Positions 31,749-41,454 of a DNA stretch of 64,000 nucleotides are shown piece by piece. Both the position numbers and the translations under genes were made by a program. Every line of letters begins with the position of its first letter. The first letter of the stretch is position 1. The stretch is from the NCBI GenBank assembly GCA_040954595.2, contig JBECUI020000025.1:1-64000 (forward strand), read 5' to 3'. The stretch is from Balanoglossus misakiensis (taxonomy: Eukaryota > Animalia > Hemichordata). Under the pieces are notes generated by a model that saw only the letters and a program-made list of their open reading frames with translations, ran no database searches and had not been told where the DNA came from.

Positions 31749-32881
31749 GCCAAAGTGCTCCCGTAATGCTCCTGTCGTAGAAGGTTATATAGTATAGCAC
31801 AAATACAGAAGGTCGCTAGCAGGGATGATCCACCTGCAGAAAAAAACGGAAGGTTAATTCCCGTTGTCGGCAGCAATCCCGATACAACTGATACGTTCAG
31901 CAACACTTGAAGAAAGATCATACTAGTCAGCCCAAAGCTAACAAGAGATATAAAATTGTTACTTTGGCTATATGCTAATTGATACCCGGCAAAGGCCAAG
32001 AGTCCGAACAAACTAATAACCAATAATACCCCGAAGTATCCGAGTTCTTCTCCTAGTACTGCAATAATGAAATCGGATTGTACTTCCGGAATGCTGCCGA
32101 ATTTTCTCATGCTCTGTCCTATCCCGAGCCCCCATAGCCCCCCATCGCTGAGGGCAGAGCGAGATACAAAACCTGATACCCTGCACCGGCGGGATCGTAC
32201 TCTGGACTAAAATATGCCAACAGCCGTTCGACACGATATTGCCGAGTAAAAAGAAAAATAGAGCCAAAGGGCACAATTATTACAGTAAAAAAGGCAAAAT
32301 AACGTAGCGGGAGCCCTCCGACAAAAAGAAGAAGTAGCGACAGGCATAATAAAAAACCCTGCGGTTGAGAAGTCATTTTGCAAATAGACAATGAACACGA
32401 CGAATAAAATAACAACACCAAGCGGCAGGATGGCATTTACAATGTCGTGCAATCCCTCGTCTTTCTTCGATAAAATATGTGCAAGATAGAGAATGAGGGT
32501 AATTTTTATGAGTTCGGATGGCTGAAATGATAATGAACCAAGCGAAATCCACCTACGAGCACCGAGATTCTGTAATCCGAGCCCAGGTACGAACGGAAGA
32601 CAGAGAATAATGAGACTGATAAAAAAAGCAACCGGGATATACCTTCGTATAGTTTTCAATGATAGCCGGGAAATAATAAGCGAAATAAGAATTGCCAGCA
32701 GAAACCACTGACTCTGTCGTCTCAAAAAGTAGAACGCATCACTAAAAACAAGATTTGCCCGGTAATACGAAACTGAGAAGAGTACTAAGAGACCGAAACA
32801 GCTCAACAAGGCTACAACGATAAGGAAAAGAATATCAATGCGCGGCTTTCTTGCCACAGGTGAAGAGTTTTCTAAATTCAT
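31745..32881 (-). CDS. ftsW: SEDS peptidoglycan polymerase FtsW; two compensating indels (about 32352 and 32166), likely errors
   Basis: GARRWI..FQPSELIK, PEVQSDFIIAVLGEELG and PTTGINLPFFSAGGSS; the first and last fragments share the same frame. Confidence 0.93.
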
Positions 32882-33963
32882 CTTATTTTTAACGTTGATA
32901 ATCCTATAATTGCAAACAATCCGCCGAGTATCCAAAACCGGTGTACGATCTTTGACTCTGCCCACCCGCATAACTCAAAATGATGGTGCAGGGGTGCCAT
33001 ACGAAATACACGTTTCTTTCTCAATTTCCACGAAACGACCTGTATAATAACCGATAGTGTTTCTATAACAAAGACACCACCGCAGATGACCAATAACACC
33101 TCTGTTTTTATCATGATAGCAATTAAGCCAACCAAGCCACCAATCGACAGACTTCCGGTGTCTCCCATCATTATTTCAGCCGGATACGCATTAAACCACA
33201 GAAATCCCACACATGTCCCTGCTAATGCAAGTGAAACTACAGTTACCTCACTTGCAGCAGCAATATAAGGAATGCCCAAATAGGCAGCATAATCCGCTCG
33301 TCCACTAACATAGGCAAGCACAGCAAAGGCAAGTGTCAATATAAGTACTAACCCGGTCGCCAGTCCATCCAGCCCATCGGTTAAATTGACAGCATTCGAC
33401 ATGGAGACAAGCAAGAAAACCCCGAAAGGAATGTACAGAATTCCAAGATCAAAAGTAAGGCTCTTAAAAAACGGGAAGTAGATAGTTGTAATCTGACTAC
33501 GCAGATCATCCTCTACCATGAAATACAGCAGTGAAACGAGCAGTAGGCTAATTGTAATCTGTCCGATAAGTTTAACACGAGCACTAATGCCCTCTTTCCC
33601 GCGTATTTTGAGTATGTCATCAATAAGCCCAACAAGCCCGAAGGAGACAATGGCCAACAAGGACAACCATGTATACCAATTCCGGACATCCATCCATAAA
33701 AGTAATGATATGACAAGAACAATAATAATAAGTATGCCACCCATTGTTGGGACCTTGCTTTTTACCTGATGGGTGTCGGGAACCTCTGAACGAATATTAT
33801 TTTTTCCGGTATGACGTTTTAGAAAGGTGATAACCATCCTTCCTAAACAAAGGCAAAGCACCATTGTTGTAATAGCTGCGTAGGCAGAACGAAAAGTAAT
33901 GTAGCGAAAAATGTTTAGCGGAGTAAAAAACTCTACTAAAGGCAAAAATAATTCACGTAACAT
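32878..33963 (-). CDS. mraY: Phospho-N-acetylmuramoyl-pentapeptide transferase MraY
   Basis: PTMGG, NAVNLTDGLDGLA, MGDTGS and MAPLHHHFE motifs. Confidence 0.98.
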   Translation of the reverse strand: MLRELFLPLVEFFTPLNIFRYITFRSAYAAITTMVLCLCLGRMVITFLKRHTGKNNIRSEVPDTHQVKSKVPTMGGILIIIVLVISLLLWMDVRNWYTWLSLLAIVSFGLVGLIDDILKIRGKEGISARVKLIGQITISLLLVSLLYFMVEDDLRSQITTIYFPFFKSLTFDLGILYIPFGVFLLVSMSNAVNLTDGLDGLATGLVLILTLAFAVLAYVSGRADYAAYLGIPYIAAASEVTVVSLALAGTCVGFLWFNAYPAEIMMGDTGSLSIGGLVGLIAIMIKTEVLLVICGGVFVIETLSVIIQVVSWKLRKKRVFRMAPLHHHFELCGWAESKIVHRFWILGGLFAIIGLSTLKIR

Positions 33964-35359
33964 ACATACAATCCTTGTCAAACATATTCATTAAGGGTTC
34001 ATGCAGCAATTCTAGCTCATAGGCACGACTGCCCTTAATGAGAATACAATCGCCAATTTGAATGCTTTTCTGCAAAACAGGTATGAGTTCTTCTCGAGAG
34101 AAATAAAAGTGATGTGCATCGCTATGCAATTTAACATGTGCGAACTCCTCACCACAAAGAAAGAGTGCATCCGGATGAGTAGCAGATACATCCTTGTATA
34201 CCTGCTGATGTAGGGGAGCTGTATATTCCCCTAGCTCTTTAATGCCACCCAAGACAATAACTCGTTGTTTGGCATGAATAGCATTAGCAACAACGCTAAA
34301 ATAATCCACCGACGCTTGAATTGATTCGGGGTTGGCATTATACCAATCGCCAACAATGGTAATGTCCCCGTAAAAGACCTCTCCCCTACCGGGAAGCACT
34401 CTCATATCATTCATGCCTTCTTGTACAGTTTCCGCCGGCAGTGATAAATTCCTTGCTAGTGCGATAACCGCCAGTGCATTGCGTGCATTATGCTCACCAG
34501 GTATGGGAAGGGAAACATTGAAATCAGGAAAATTTATATCCGTCCCATCCATGCCGTGAAAATTCAGAAAAGAGAGTTCCTCTTCTGTACCGTAGGGAAT
34601 TATTTCGCCCGGCAATCCACTTGCAAAGTTTTCGTATGCAGGGTCAAAGGCTGGAAGAATATTGCAAGCTGTTCGTGCAAACAACTTTTTCTTTTCCTGG
34701 ATAATGATGTCTTGGCTCCCAATACAGCCGATGTGGGCATGCCCAATGTTTGTCAGAATCGCAATATTGGGAAGAAGCATCTGCTCTATGCTGTCCATTT
34801 CTCCTATCCGATCAATGCCCGCTTCAAAGACCGCATACTGATAGCTTTGACGCAGCCCTGTCAAAGCAAGGGCAACTCCAATATCCGAGTTCAAATTGCC
34901 CTCTGAGACATAACTCGGTGCATAATGGTTCAGTACCTTTCCCGTAAGGGTCTTCGTCGTGGTTTTCCCATTACTTCCGGTAACAGCAACCAGACAGAGG
35001 TCAGCACAACGTTGTCGATTCCACAGTGCTAGTTTCTGCAATGCAGCAAGAGGATCAGACACAATGAGCATAATAGGCTCATAGGTCCTTACGACCTGCC
35101 GTAAATCTTCAGCATGTTCATCTGCAAAGGCGGCAGAAGCAAGGACTGCTACTGCACCATTCTTAACCGCATCTTCAATATAGTCATGTCCATCAGCATG
35201 TCTGCCCGGCAAAGCAACAAAAAGTGCGTTACGAGAAATTCGCCGCGAGTCTATACCGACATCGTAAATATAGGTTGAGGCCGAACCCGAACCCAATATT
35301 TTTACTGGATCGACAAGAATATCTTGAATTGCATTTTGTGCACAGAATGGCTCAGTCAT
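33953..35359 (-). CDS. murF: UDP-MurNAc-tripeptide:D-Ala-D-Ala ligase MurF
   Basis: DSR..LFVALPG..DGH, VTGSNGKTTTK, YNANPES and KGSR motifs. Confidence 0.95.
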   Translation of the reverse strand: MTEPFCAQNAIQDILVDPVKILGSGSASTYIYDVGIDSRRISRNALFVALPGRHADGHDYIEDAVKNGAVAVLASAAFADEHAEDLRQVVRTYEPIMLIVSDPLAALQKLALWNRQRCADLCLVAVTGSNGKTTTKTLTGKVLNHYAPSYVSEGNLNSDIGVALALTGLRQSYQYAVFEAGIDRIGEMDSIEQMLLPNIAILTNIGHAHIGCIGSQDIIIQEKKKLFARTACNILPAFDPAYENFASGLPGEIIPYGTEEELSFLNFHGMDGTDINFPDFNVSLPIPGEHNARNALAVIALARNLSLPAETVQEGMNDMRVLPGRGEVFYGDITIVGDWYNANPESIQASVDYFSVVANAIHAKQRVIVLGGIKELGEYTAPLHQQVYKDVSATHPDALFLCGEEFAHVKLHSDAHHFYFSREELIPVLQKSIQIGDCILIKGSRAYELELLHEPLMNMFDKDCMYVT

Positions 35360-35663
35360 CGGCTTCTTTCCAATCGCTTACAGAGGAAGGCGCAATCCGT
35401 TCAATATAAATAATATCGTCGGGTCCTACCAACTCCAGGTCCACACTATTCTCAAGATCAATATCCTGAATATCCGAACGATATTGAATAATGGATGATA
35501 TAATTTCCTTGTTTTCTTCAAATACTTTTCGCTGTTCCTGTTCCAGTGTACTAATTTCCCTTTCCAGTTGATAATATCGGTAGCTTTGCAGAATTGTGAG
35601 GGCAAAAAAGATTACGGTTGAGAACAGTACAATTCCAAGCAGAACCTTACGCCATCGTGCCAT
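35352..35663 (-). CDS. ftsL: Cell division protein FtsL-like
   Basis: Short TM plus coiled-coil protein between rsmH and murF. Confidence 0.72.
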   Translation of the reverse strand: MARWRKVLLGIVLFSTVIFFALTILQSYRYYQLEREISTLEQEQRKVFEENKEIISSIIQYRSDIQDIDLENSVDLELVGPDDIIYIERIAPSSVSDWKEADD

Positions 35664-36582
35664 TTCCTATCCTCTCCAATACCCGCAGGCGTGCACTTCG
35701 CGAAGAAGGATTTGCTTGTATCTCTTCGTCGGATGCAACAACAGGTTTTCTCGTAATCTCACTAACATCTTCCTCTATATAACGTATCGTTTCTTTTTCT
35801 TCTTTTTGTAAGCATGATCGAGACCATCTCTTAACAATTCTATCTTCCAGTGAATGAAAAGAAATAATTCCGAGACGCCCCCCTGCACAAAGTGCCTTAC
35901 AGGCTAACGGTATAACCGCCTGTAGTCGGTCTAACTCAGTATTAACCGCAATCCGAAGTGCTTGAAAAACCCGTGTTGCAGGATGAGGAAAGCGATACCG
36001 CCTCGCATGTGGATATTGACTCCGCACAATAGATGCAAGTTCACGACAGGGAATCTCTTTTTGACGGGTACGCACCCGAACAATGGCAGCAGCAATTTTT
36101 CTGGAAAGCCGCTCCTCGCCGTATTCAAAAAAGATTCTTGCCAACTCCACTTCCTTTGTTTGATAAAGAAGATCATGGGCACTTGGCCCCTGTTCCGTAT
36201 TAAGCCGCATATCAGGCAAGGTATCACTATCAAAACTGAACCCGCGTTCGTGTTGACGATAATGTACCTGTGACACACCAAGGTCAAAAAGAATTGCCTG
36301 AGCAGGTCGGTCAACAGGATACTGTTTAAAAAAATCGTCAAACCACATATTATACAAGACTATACGGTCGGAATATTGATGCAGTTCCTCTTTAGCACGA
36401 TCCAACATGTACTGATCCGCATCAATACCCACCAAACATAAATAAGGGAAGAGTTCCAAAAAGTGCCGGGCATGACCACCCAAACCCAAGGTTGCATCAA
36501 TGAGCAGAGCATGTTTTGAATGCAATGCAGTCGATAAAAGACGCACTGTATCAGAACACAACACTGGTATATGTTCTTTCAT
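35647..36582 (-). CDS. rsmH: 16S rRNA m4C1402 methyltransferase RsmH (MraW)
   Basis: HIPVL, DATLGLGGH, FQALRIAVNTEL, FHSLEDRIVK and NPSSRSARLR motifs. Confidence 0.98.
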   Translation of the reverse strand: MKEHIPVLCSDTVRLLSTALHSKHALLIDATLGLGGHARHFLELFPYLCLVGIDADQYMLDRAKEELHQYSDRIVLYNMWFDDFFKQYPVDRPAQAILFDLGVSQVHYRQHERGFSFDSDTLPDMRLNTEQGPSAHDLLYQTKEVELARIFFEYGEERLSRKIAAAIVRVRTRQKEIPCRELASIVRSQYPHARRYRFPHPATRVFQALRIAVNTELDRLQAVIPLACKALCAGGRLGIISFHSLEDRIVKRWSRSCLQKEEKETIRYIEEDVSEITRKPVVASDEEIQANPSSRSARLRVLERIGNGTMA

Positions 36583-36587
36583 CGATA

Positions 36588-37040
36588 TTACCTCGAGAAA
36601 AAAATGGTCCCCCCCAGGTGCTCAGCAGCTTCCTGGAACTCTTCTTCATTATTCTTCAAATACTGTTCATATATCTCCACATCCCAAAGTTCTAGATAAC
36701 GTTTGAGCCCATGAAGCATACAATCCTTTTTTAAGCTCGCAATAGTTTGTAGACTCTGTGGAATCAGAAGGCGGCCCATCTTATCAATCTCTATCCGATG
36801 GGAGGGCGCAATAATGCGACGTTGCATCAGTCGTCCCCTGCGATCAAATGGAGAAATATCATCACCTAGCTTGCCTAAGAGAATTTCCCAGTCGCTGGGC
36901 AAAAAAAGCCATAGACAAGAGTCAATCCCTGCAGTAACAACAAGCGTCGATTCCACCATAGCCGGTCGCAAGCGCGCCGGAATTATGATACGGCCTTTTT
37001 CATCTAGTGTTACCTGATATTGCCCGGTTATAATCTCCAC
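36588..37040 (-). CDS. mraZ: Transcriptional regulator MraZ
   Basis: Two DxxGR repeats (DEKGR, DKMGR); first gene of the dcw cluster; GTG start. Confidence 0.96.
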   Translation of the reverse strand: MEIITGQYQVTLDEKGRIIIPARLRPAMVESTLVVTAGIDSCLWLFLPSDWEILLGKLGDDISPFDRRGRLMQRRIIAPSHRIEIDKMGRLLIPQSLQTIASLKKDCMLHGLKRYLELWDVEIYEQYLKNNEEEFQEAAEHLGGTIFFSR

Positions 37041-37100
37041 AGTTTCCTACTATTTACCACTATTTACCACAATAGTAAACATTACAACAATTTTATGCAA
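37037..37100 (-). promoter_or_regulatory. dcw promoter with four 10-nt-periodic MraZ boxes
   Basis: TTGCAT (37100-37095), 17 nt, TACTAT (37077-37072), then GTGG-N6-GTGG-N6-GTAG-N6-GTGG; the last box contains the mraZ GTG start. Confidence 0.8.
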
Positions 37101-37207
37101 TAGTTTTTTAAAAAAAAAGTAAAAAATTATTATATATTTTTTTTATAGAGCCCTAAAAGAACAAAAAAATAAAAAATTATAAAAAAATCTACTGATGATG
37201 AATTTAC

Positions 37208-37978
37208 TTAGAACGAGGAGTTTTTGAAGGCGGCAATATCCACATCTATTCGTGTTTGTAGCATTCGTCCCTCAAAGGTCCAGGCACTAATCTCTACCTT
37301 TTCGGCAGTAGCAATGATCGGAAATTGCAGGGCAAAGGGCACGACGGAAACAATGGTAAGTATTTCATCGGCGAGAAGATCAGTATCAAATCGAACATCA
37401 AACATCGTCTTTTCATCAACATAATAGGCAATTCGATAGGGCTCTACCAATCTTGCTTGATCAGTTATAAACTCAAGATATACAGTCCCTGCTGGCTCTT
37501 CACTATCTACTGTGCCGGGTGTCGCTTGAAAGAAGGCATTCCCCAGACGAAGTCGGTTCGTAGCCGACAGAGGCGGTAAAATGAGTTTTGGATTTATCCA
37601 TCTGAGTTTCTTACGGTCAAAAATGGAAAAGTGTAGTTGATGTTCATAGGAAAACCCACTGCCGTTTAGTTCCGCATCTCCTTGCTCGTTGACTTCTATC
37701 CCTGCATACAAACTGATAAAGTCGTCTTCATGTTCAATAAACATATACCCGCCGAGGGGACTGGGCATGGAAGAAAAGTCTTCTTCTCGCTCAATAAATA
37801 AGATATTGCCCTTCGTAATGGGAAAGACCCTCTTATCCTTTCCCGTAATCTCAACGCTAGGAGCAGCAGGAGTGAAGTTTCGCTGTACTGTCGGATCAGT
37901 AATTGGCCAGCCTAATTCCGCTTCCAGATTGAACAACGAGAATGAAATCAACATACAGATATATCCGACTTTATTCAT
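37208..37978 (-). CDS. Exported M23/LytM-like protein with degenerate Zn ligands
   Basis: Signal peptide; WP, GGYMFIEH..SLYAG and GSGFS..QLHFSI follow the M23 pattern, but HxxxD and HxH are incomplete. Confidence 0.6.
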   Translation of the reverse strand: MNKVGYICMLISFSLFNLEAELGWPITDPTVQRNFTPAAPSVEITGKDKRVFPITKGNILFIEREEDFSSMPSPLGGYMFIEHEDDFISLYAGIEVNEQGDAELNGSGFSYEHQLHFSIFDRKKLRWINPKLILPPLSATNRLRLGNAFFQATPGTVDSEEPAGTVYLEFITDQARLVEPYRIAYYVDEKTMFDVRFDTDLLADEILTIVSVVPFALQFPIIATAEKVEISAWTFEGRMLQTRIDVDIAAFKNSSF

Positions 37979-38993
37979 ATGCTAAAGAAAATGCCACCAG
38001 TGCTGAAGATCCCGCCAGGTATTGTCGCCTGCCTTCAGATCGAAAGAAATCGCTGTCAGGGGGAATAGGTACCGAATAAATCAGAACCAGCTCATCAGTC
38101 CAGGCACCGAGTCTTCGGCTACCGTGCACATCTTCCAAAATAGTGTAAATAATGTCATGGTCATCAACAATATGCAAAACAGATTGATGATCAAGAGAGA
38201 CCCTGTTTAACTGTCCATTGGGCAGGCGCATGGTCAATCCGCTGCCATCTGCAAAGACAAGGGTCCCATCAGTACGCAGGGCAACTGTTGTGCGCGAGTA
38301 GAGGGGCTGTTCCAGCAGGATAGCAGCATGTTCCACGTAGCTGCCGTTTATCAGCTCATAGAGAAATGCATGCTGTGGGTTTATGCCGCGGATAAAGAAC
38401 AGGTAGGGGGACCGCAAAGCAAGCGCATAGACTGGGGTGCCGTCAGCGGCAAAGATTACGTTTTCCTCACCGTCTACAATACTGCCGGTCAAGGTACCGA
38501 CAACAGTTTGGTCCATATCAGCAGCAACAACTGTAATCGGTGCATCAAGTGCTATTTTCCAGAGAAAATTTCCTGCACTGTCCCACTCAGAAATACTGCG
38601 TGCACCGGGCCCCAGGACGTAGAGATGATCGTCTATAAACAGCGGATAGCCGGCAACACGAAGGATACCGGTTTCAGTATGCTCCCAGTTATATACAACA
38701 GATATATCCGATACCTGATTATAGGGCACATAGTAGTCATCGTTATATACCAATCCGTACCCGTTGTCGTTCAGTCTGAGAAGTTCTCCACTCCTGTTAA
38801 CATAGCCGGAATAGCTCTTACTGGAAAAGGCAAATCCATCTGTCAGTCTCCCCTTGGATGGCGGTGCAGGGAGAGCAATACCGAAATGCCTGTACACGCT
38901 GTATTCTTGCTCTACTTCTCGTGAAAAAACAAGCAAATGGAAAAAGCTAATAGATACTACCAGCAGAATGTACGAAGCACGACGTAAATGCAT
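37971..38993 (-). CDS. Hypothetical membrane-anchored protein, beta-propeller-like
   Basis: N-terminal hydrophobic helix; beta-rich repeats such as DSAGNFLW..APITVV and VVGTLTGSI; 340-aa ORF overlapping its neighbours. Confidence 0.55.
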   Translation of the reverse strand: MHLRRASYILLVVSISFFHLLVFSREVEQEYSVYRHFGIALPAPPSKGRLTDGFAFSSKSYSGYVNRSGELLRLNDNGYGLVYNDDYYVPYNQVSDISVVYNWEHTETGILRVAGYPLFIDDHLYVLGPGARSISEWDSAGNFLWKIALDAPITVVAADMDQTVVGTLTGSIVDGEENVIFAADGTPVYALALRSPYLFFIRGINPQHAFLYELINGSYVEHAAILLEQPLYSRTTVALRTDGTLVFADGSGLTMRLPNGQLNRVSLDHQSVLHIVDDHDIIYTILEDVHGSRRLGAWTDELVLIYSVPIPPDSDFFRSEGRRQYLAGSSALVAFSLAYE

Positions 38994-39769
38994 TAAGAAT
39001 CACTCGCAAGTTTTGCCTGCCAGATTTCCATTTGTCGTTTAAGTTTTACTGCTTCCTCTGCCATTGAACTCAAGCGATAAAATGATATGAGAGCAGCAAG
39101 AATATTGATTGCCATTCTAAAATCGGCAAGATTTCGAGTAGATACCTCATACCTTTGCCGGCAGGAATCAGCCGTCTGTCGAAACAACTTCTGTATCAAC
39201 TCGGAATGAAGGATCCGTTCGCGATACTGCTTCTCTTCCGGCCTCAACCCCGCACTTACTTTCTCAACATTGATCAAGTTACGCGTAACAACTGCATGTC
39301 TCATCTCAAGTTCAACTAAATGCCAGCGCATCTTACCCATCTGGCTAGTATGCAAACGCAGATGATCAAGTGCAAGTCCTGCCTTACAGCATAACTGGTA
39401 TCTTTTTGCATCATCGTAAGTATTGATGTGCTGCTGCATCTCCTTTAATTCCGAAAAAGGAGGATCCAGGTCTTTGCCCAATACATCTTCATAGTAGCGA
39501 AGAGCTAAGGTATAATGCTTTCGTGATTCATTCAAGACAAATTCGTTATGAATCTGGAGTAATTGCTGAGAATAAGAATTTTGTGCTAACATTAATGATG
39601 ATATATTCAATGACAGATCAGCAAGTTCGAAGGATAACTTCGTGTAGTTCGGCATGTCTTTTGTTCGTTCTGAAAGAATTTTCTCTTCTTTTTTCTTTAT
39701 AAGAACTATTTTTTCTCTATATGGCTGAATATAGTGCTCATATATTTCTTGTGGCTTGTTCTGTGTCAT
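38993..39769 (-). CDS. Hypothetical alpha-helical protein
   Basis: 258-aa ORF overlapping the recN stop (ATGA) and the next start (TAATG). Confidence 0.7.
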   Translation of the reverse strand: MTQNKPQEIYEHYIQPYREKIVLIKKKEEKILSERTKDMPNYTKLSFELADLSLNISSLMLAQNSYSQQLLQIHNEFVLNESRKHYTLALRYYEDVLGKDLDPPFSELKEMQQHINTYDDAKRYQLCCKAGLALDHLRLHTSQMGKMRWHLVELEMRHAVVTRNLINVEKVSAGLRPEEKQYRERILHSELIQKLFRQTADSCRQRYEVSTRNLADFRMAINILAALISFYRLSSMAEEAVKLKRQMEIWQAKLASDS

Positions 39770-41454
39770 TTCTCCTCCTGTTCTAACAAAAATTTTGCGT
39801 GTTCACGAGATAATGCAGTATCTCTATCTCCCGCCAACATGCGTGCTATTTCCTCTATACGTTCTTCCCCTCTGAGTTCCTGTACACGAACATATGTTTC
39901 TCCGTCCTGAACATATTTCTGCACCTGTAAGTGCAAAGATGCACGTACAGCAATAGATACCAGATGCGTAATACACAAGACCTGCCGATATTGCGCCAGT
40001 CGTATGAGATGTCGTGCAAGCTGTTTCCCTACTTCTCCACCAATACCGCTGTCTATTTCATCAAAGACAAGGGTAGGAATATTATCCGATGCTGCAAATG
40101 CTGATTTAATGGCAAGCATTACCCGAGATAGTTCCCCGCCTGAGGCAATACTTCGTAATGGATGAAGACCCTGTCCGGGATTTGGGGAAAGCTGAAACTG
40201 TACCGCATCATTCCCGCGTGGTCCGCATGCATTTTGTCCCGCATTATTTTTACGCATGCTTATGTGAATCTTAAAATCGGCATCGGGCATACCTAATGTT
40301 TTTAGAACATCTACAATCTTTGGCTCAAGCTCGGTTGCAGCTGCCTTGCGCTTCTGTGAGAGTTCCGTACTTTGCCGAAAGATGGCTTGTTCCTGTTCTT
40401 TGATGTTCTGCTTTAGTTCGGCAACCCTCTGCGCGCGCTTTTCAATGCCTGAAACATGCACTTCTGCGTTTTTCGCATACGCCAGCACATCTTTTATGCT
40501 CTTGCCGTACTTTCGTTCCAGCTCATTAATCTGTTGTAAGCGATCCGATACCTGACGCATTCGTTCCGGGTTAAATACTATCCTTTTTGCATACGATTGC
40601 AGTTCCCGATGGATATCTTCCAACTCATAAAAGGAATCACGTACACTCTCCGTCTGCTGCTGCACAGTAGTATCAATAGCAAGAATCGTATCCAATTCCT
40701 GCATAACCCTGCGAAGATGCGATAGTGCTCCCCCCGAAGTTCCACCTAGGTGCTCTTCAGCGTTAGCGACCGCCGATACCAGTTTTTCGTACTGTGCAAG
40801 TTTTTTTAGCTCTTGTTCACACTCTTCTTCTTCCCCTTCCCGGAGATTTGCCTCTTCTATCTCGCGCAAGGCGTATTGCTTTAATTCCAGTTCGTGCTCG
40901 TAGTTCTCCGATGTCAACTCGGCATACAGCTTACGTTCCGTAACAAGAGACTGGAATTTCTTTTCAAAATCCGCTACATCTTGCTGTAATCCGGCATAAC
41001 GATCAAGAATGTCGAGTTGTGAGGCAGGCAAAAACAATGACTGATGTTCGTGTTGACTATGCATGTCTATGAGCATTGCAGCAATCTGCTCTAATTCCGG
41101 CAGAGTAGCCGGTGTCGACTGGATAAAGACCGTGTTGCGCCCTGTGCGTTTAATCGTACGCCGAATGAGTAGCCGTCCCTCATCTAGGGATATTCCTTTT
41201 TCATCAAGCGCCTGATACAAGGTCGGATGTGCATCCTGTTTCGGTAGCCTGAACAAACCCGCCACTATTGCCTCGTTCGCATTCTTCCGGATCATAGAAG
41301 AATCCGCCTTTGCACCGAAGAGCAAGCGAAGAGCTCCAGCAAGCAAGGATTTCCCGGCACCCGTCTCGCCACTCATAACAGTAAATCCACTATCAAAGGC
41401 AAGGGTGAGTGTATCAACAAGTGCATAGTTTCGCACAGTTAATTCTTCAATCAT
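39766..41454 (-). CDS. recN: DNA repair protein RecN
   Basis: SGETGAGKS, HSQHEHQSL, ASGGELSRVML, FDEIDSGIGG and CITH motifs. Confidence 0.97.
   Translation of the reverse strand: MIEELTVRNYALVDTLTLAFDSGFTVMSGETGAGKSLLAGALRLLFGAKADSSMIRKNANEAIVAGLFRLPKQDAHPTLYQALDEKGISLDEGRLLIRRTIKRTGRNTVFIQSTPATLPELEQIAAMLIDMHSQHEHQSLFLPASQLDILDRYAGLQQDVADFEKKFQSLVTERKLYAELTSENYEHELELKQYALREIEEANLREGEEEECEQELKKLAQYEKLVSAVANAEEHLGGTSGGALSHLRRVMQELDTILAIDTTVQQQTESVRDSFYELEDIHRELQSYAKRIVFNPERMRQVSDRLQQINELERKYGKSIKDVLAYAKNAEVHVSGIEKRAQRVAELKQNIKEQEQAIFRQSTELSQKRKAAATELEPKIVDVLKTLGMPDADFKIHISMRKNNAGQNACGPRGNDAVQFQLSPNPGQGLHPLRSIASGGELSRVMLAIKSAFAASDNIPTLVFDEIDSGIGGEVGKQLARHLIRLAQYRQVLCITHLVSIAVRASLHLQVQKYVQDGETYVRVQELRGEERIEEIARMLAGDRDTALSREHAKFLLEQEEK

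Noticed and set aside
31745-32881. ftsW as a pseudogene or programmed frameshift
   Set aside because: Normally an essential gene; one extra T in a T-run and one missing base give a net-zero shift typical of read errors; no stimulatory structure seen.
28569-37040. Missing ftsI, murE, murD, murG and murC in the dcw cluster
   Set aside because: This reduced dcw order is already known from Borrelia and Treponema; not novel.
37101-37205. Replication origin
   Set aside because: AT-rich, but no DnaA boxes seen, no dnaA/dnaN nearby, and no switch in gene orientation.
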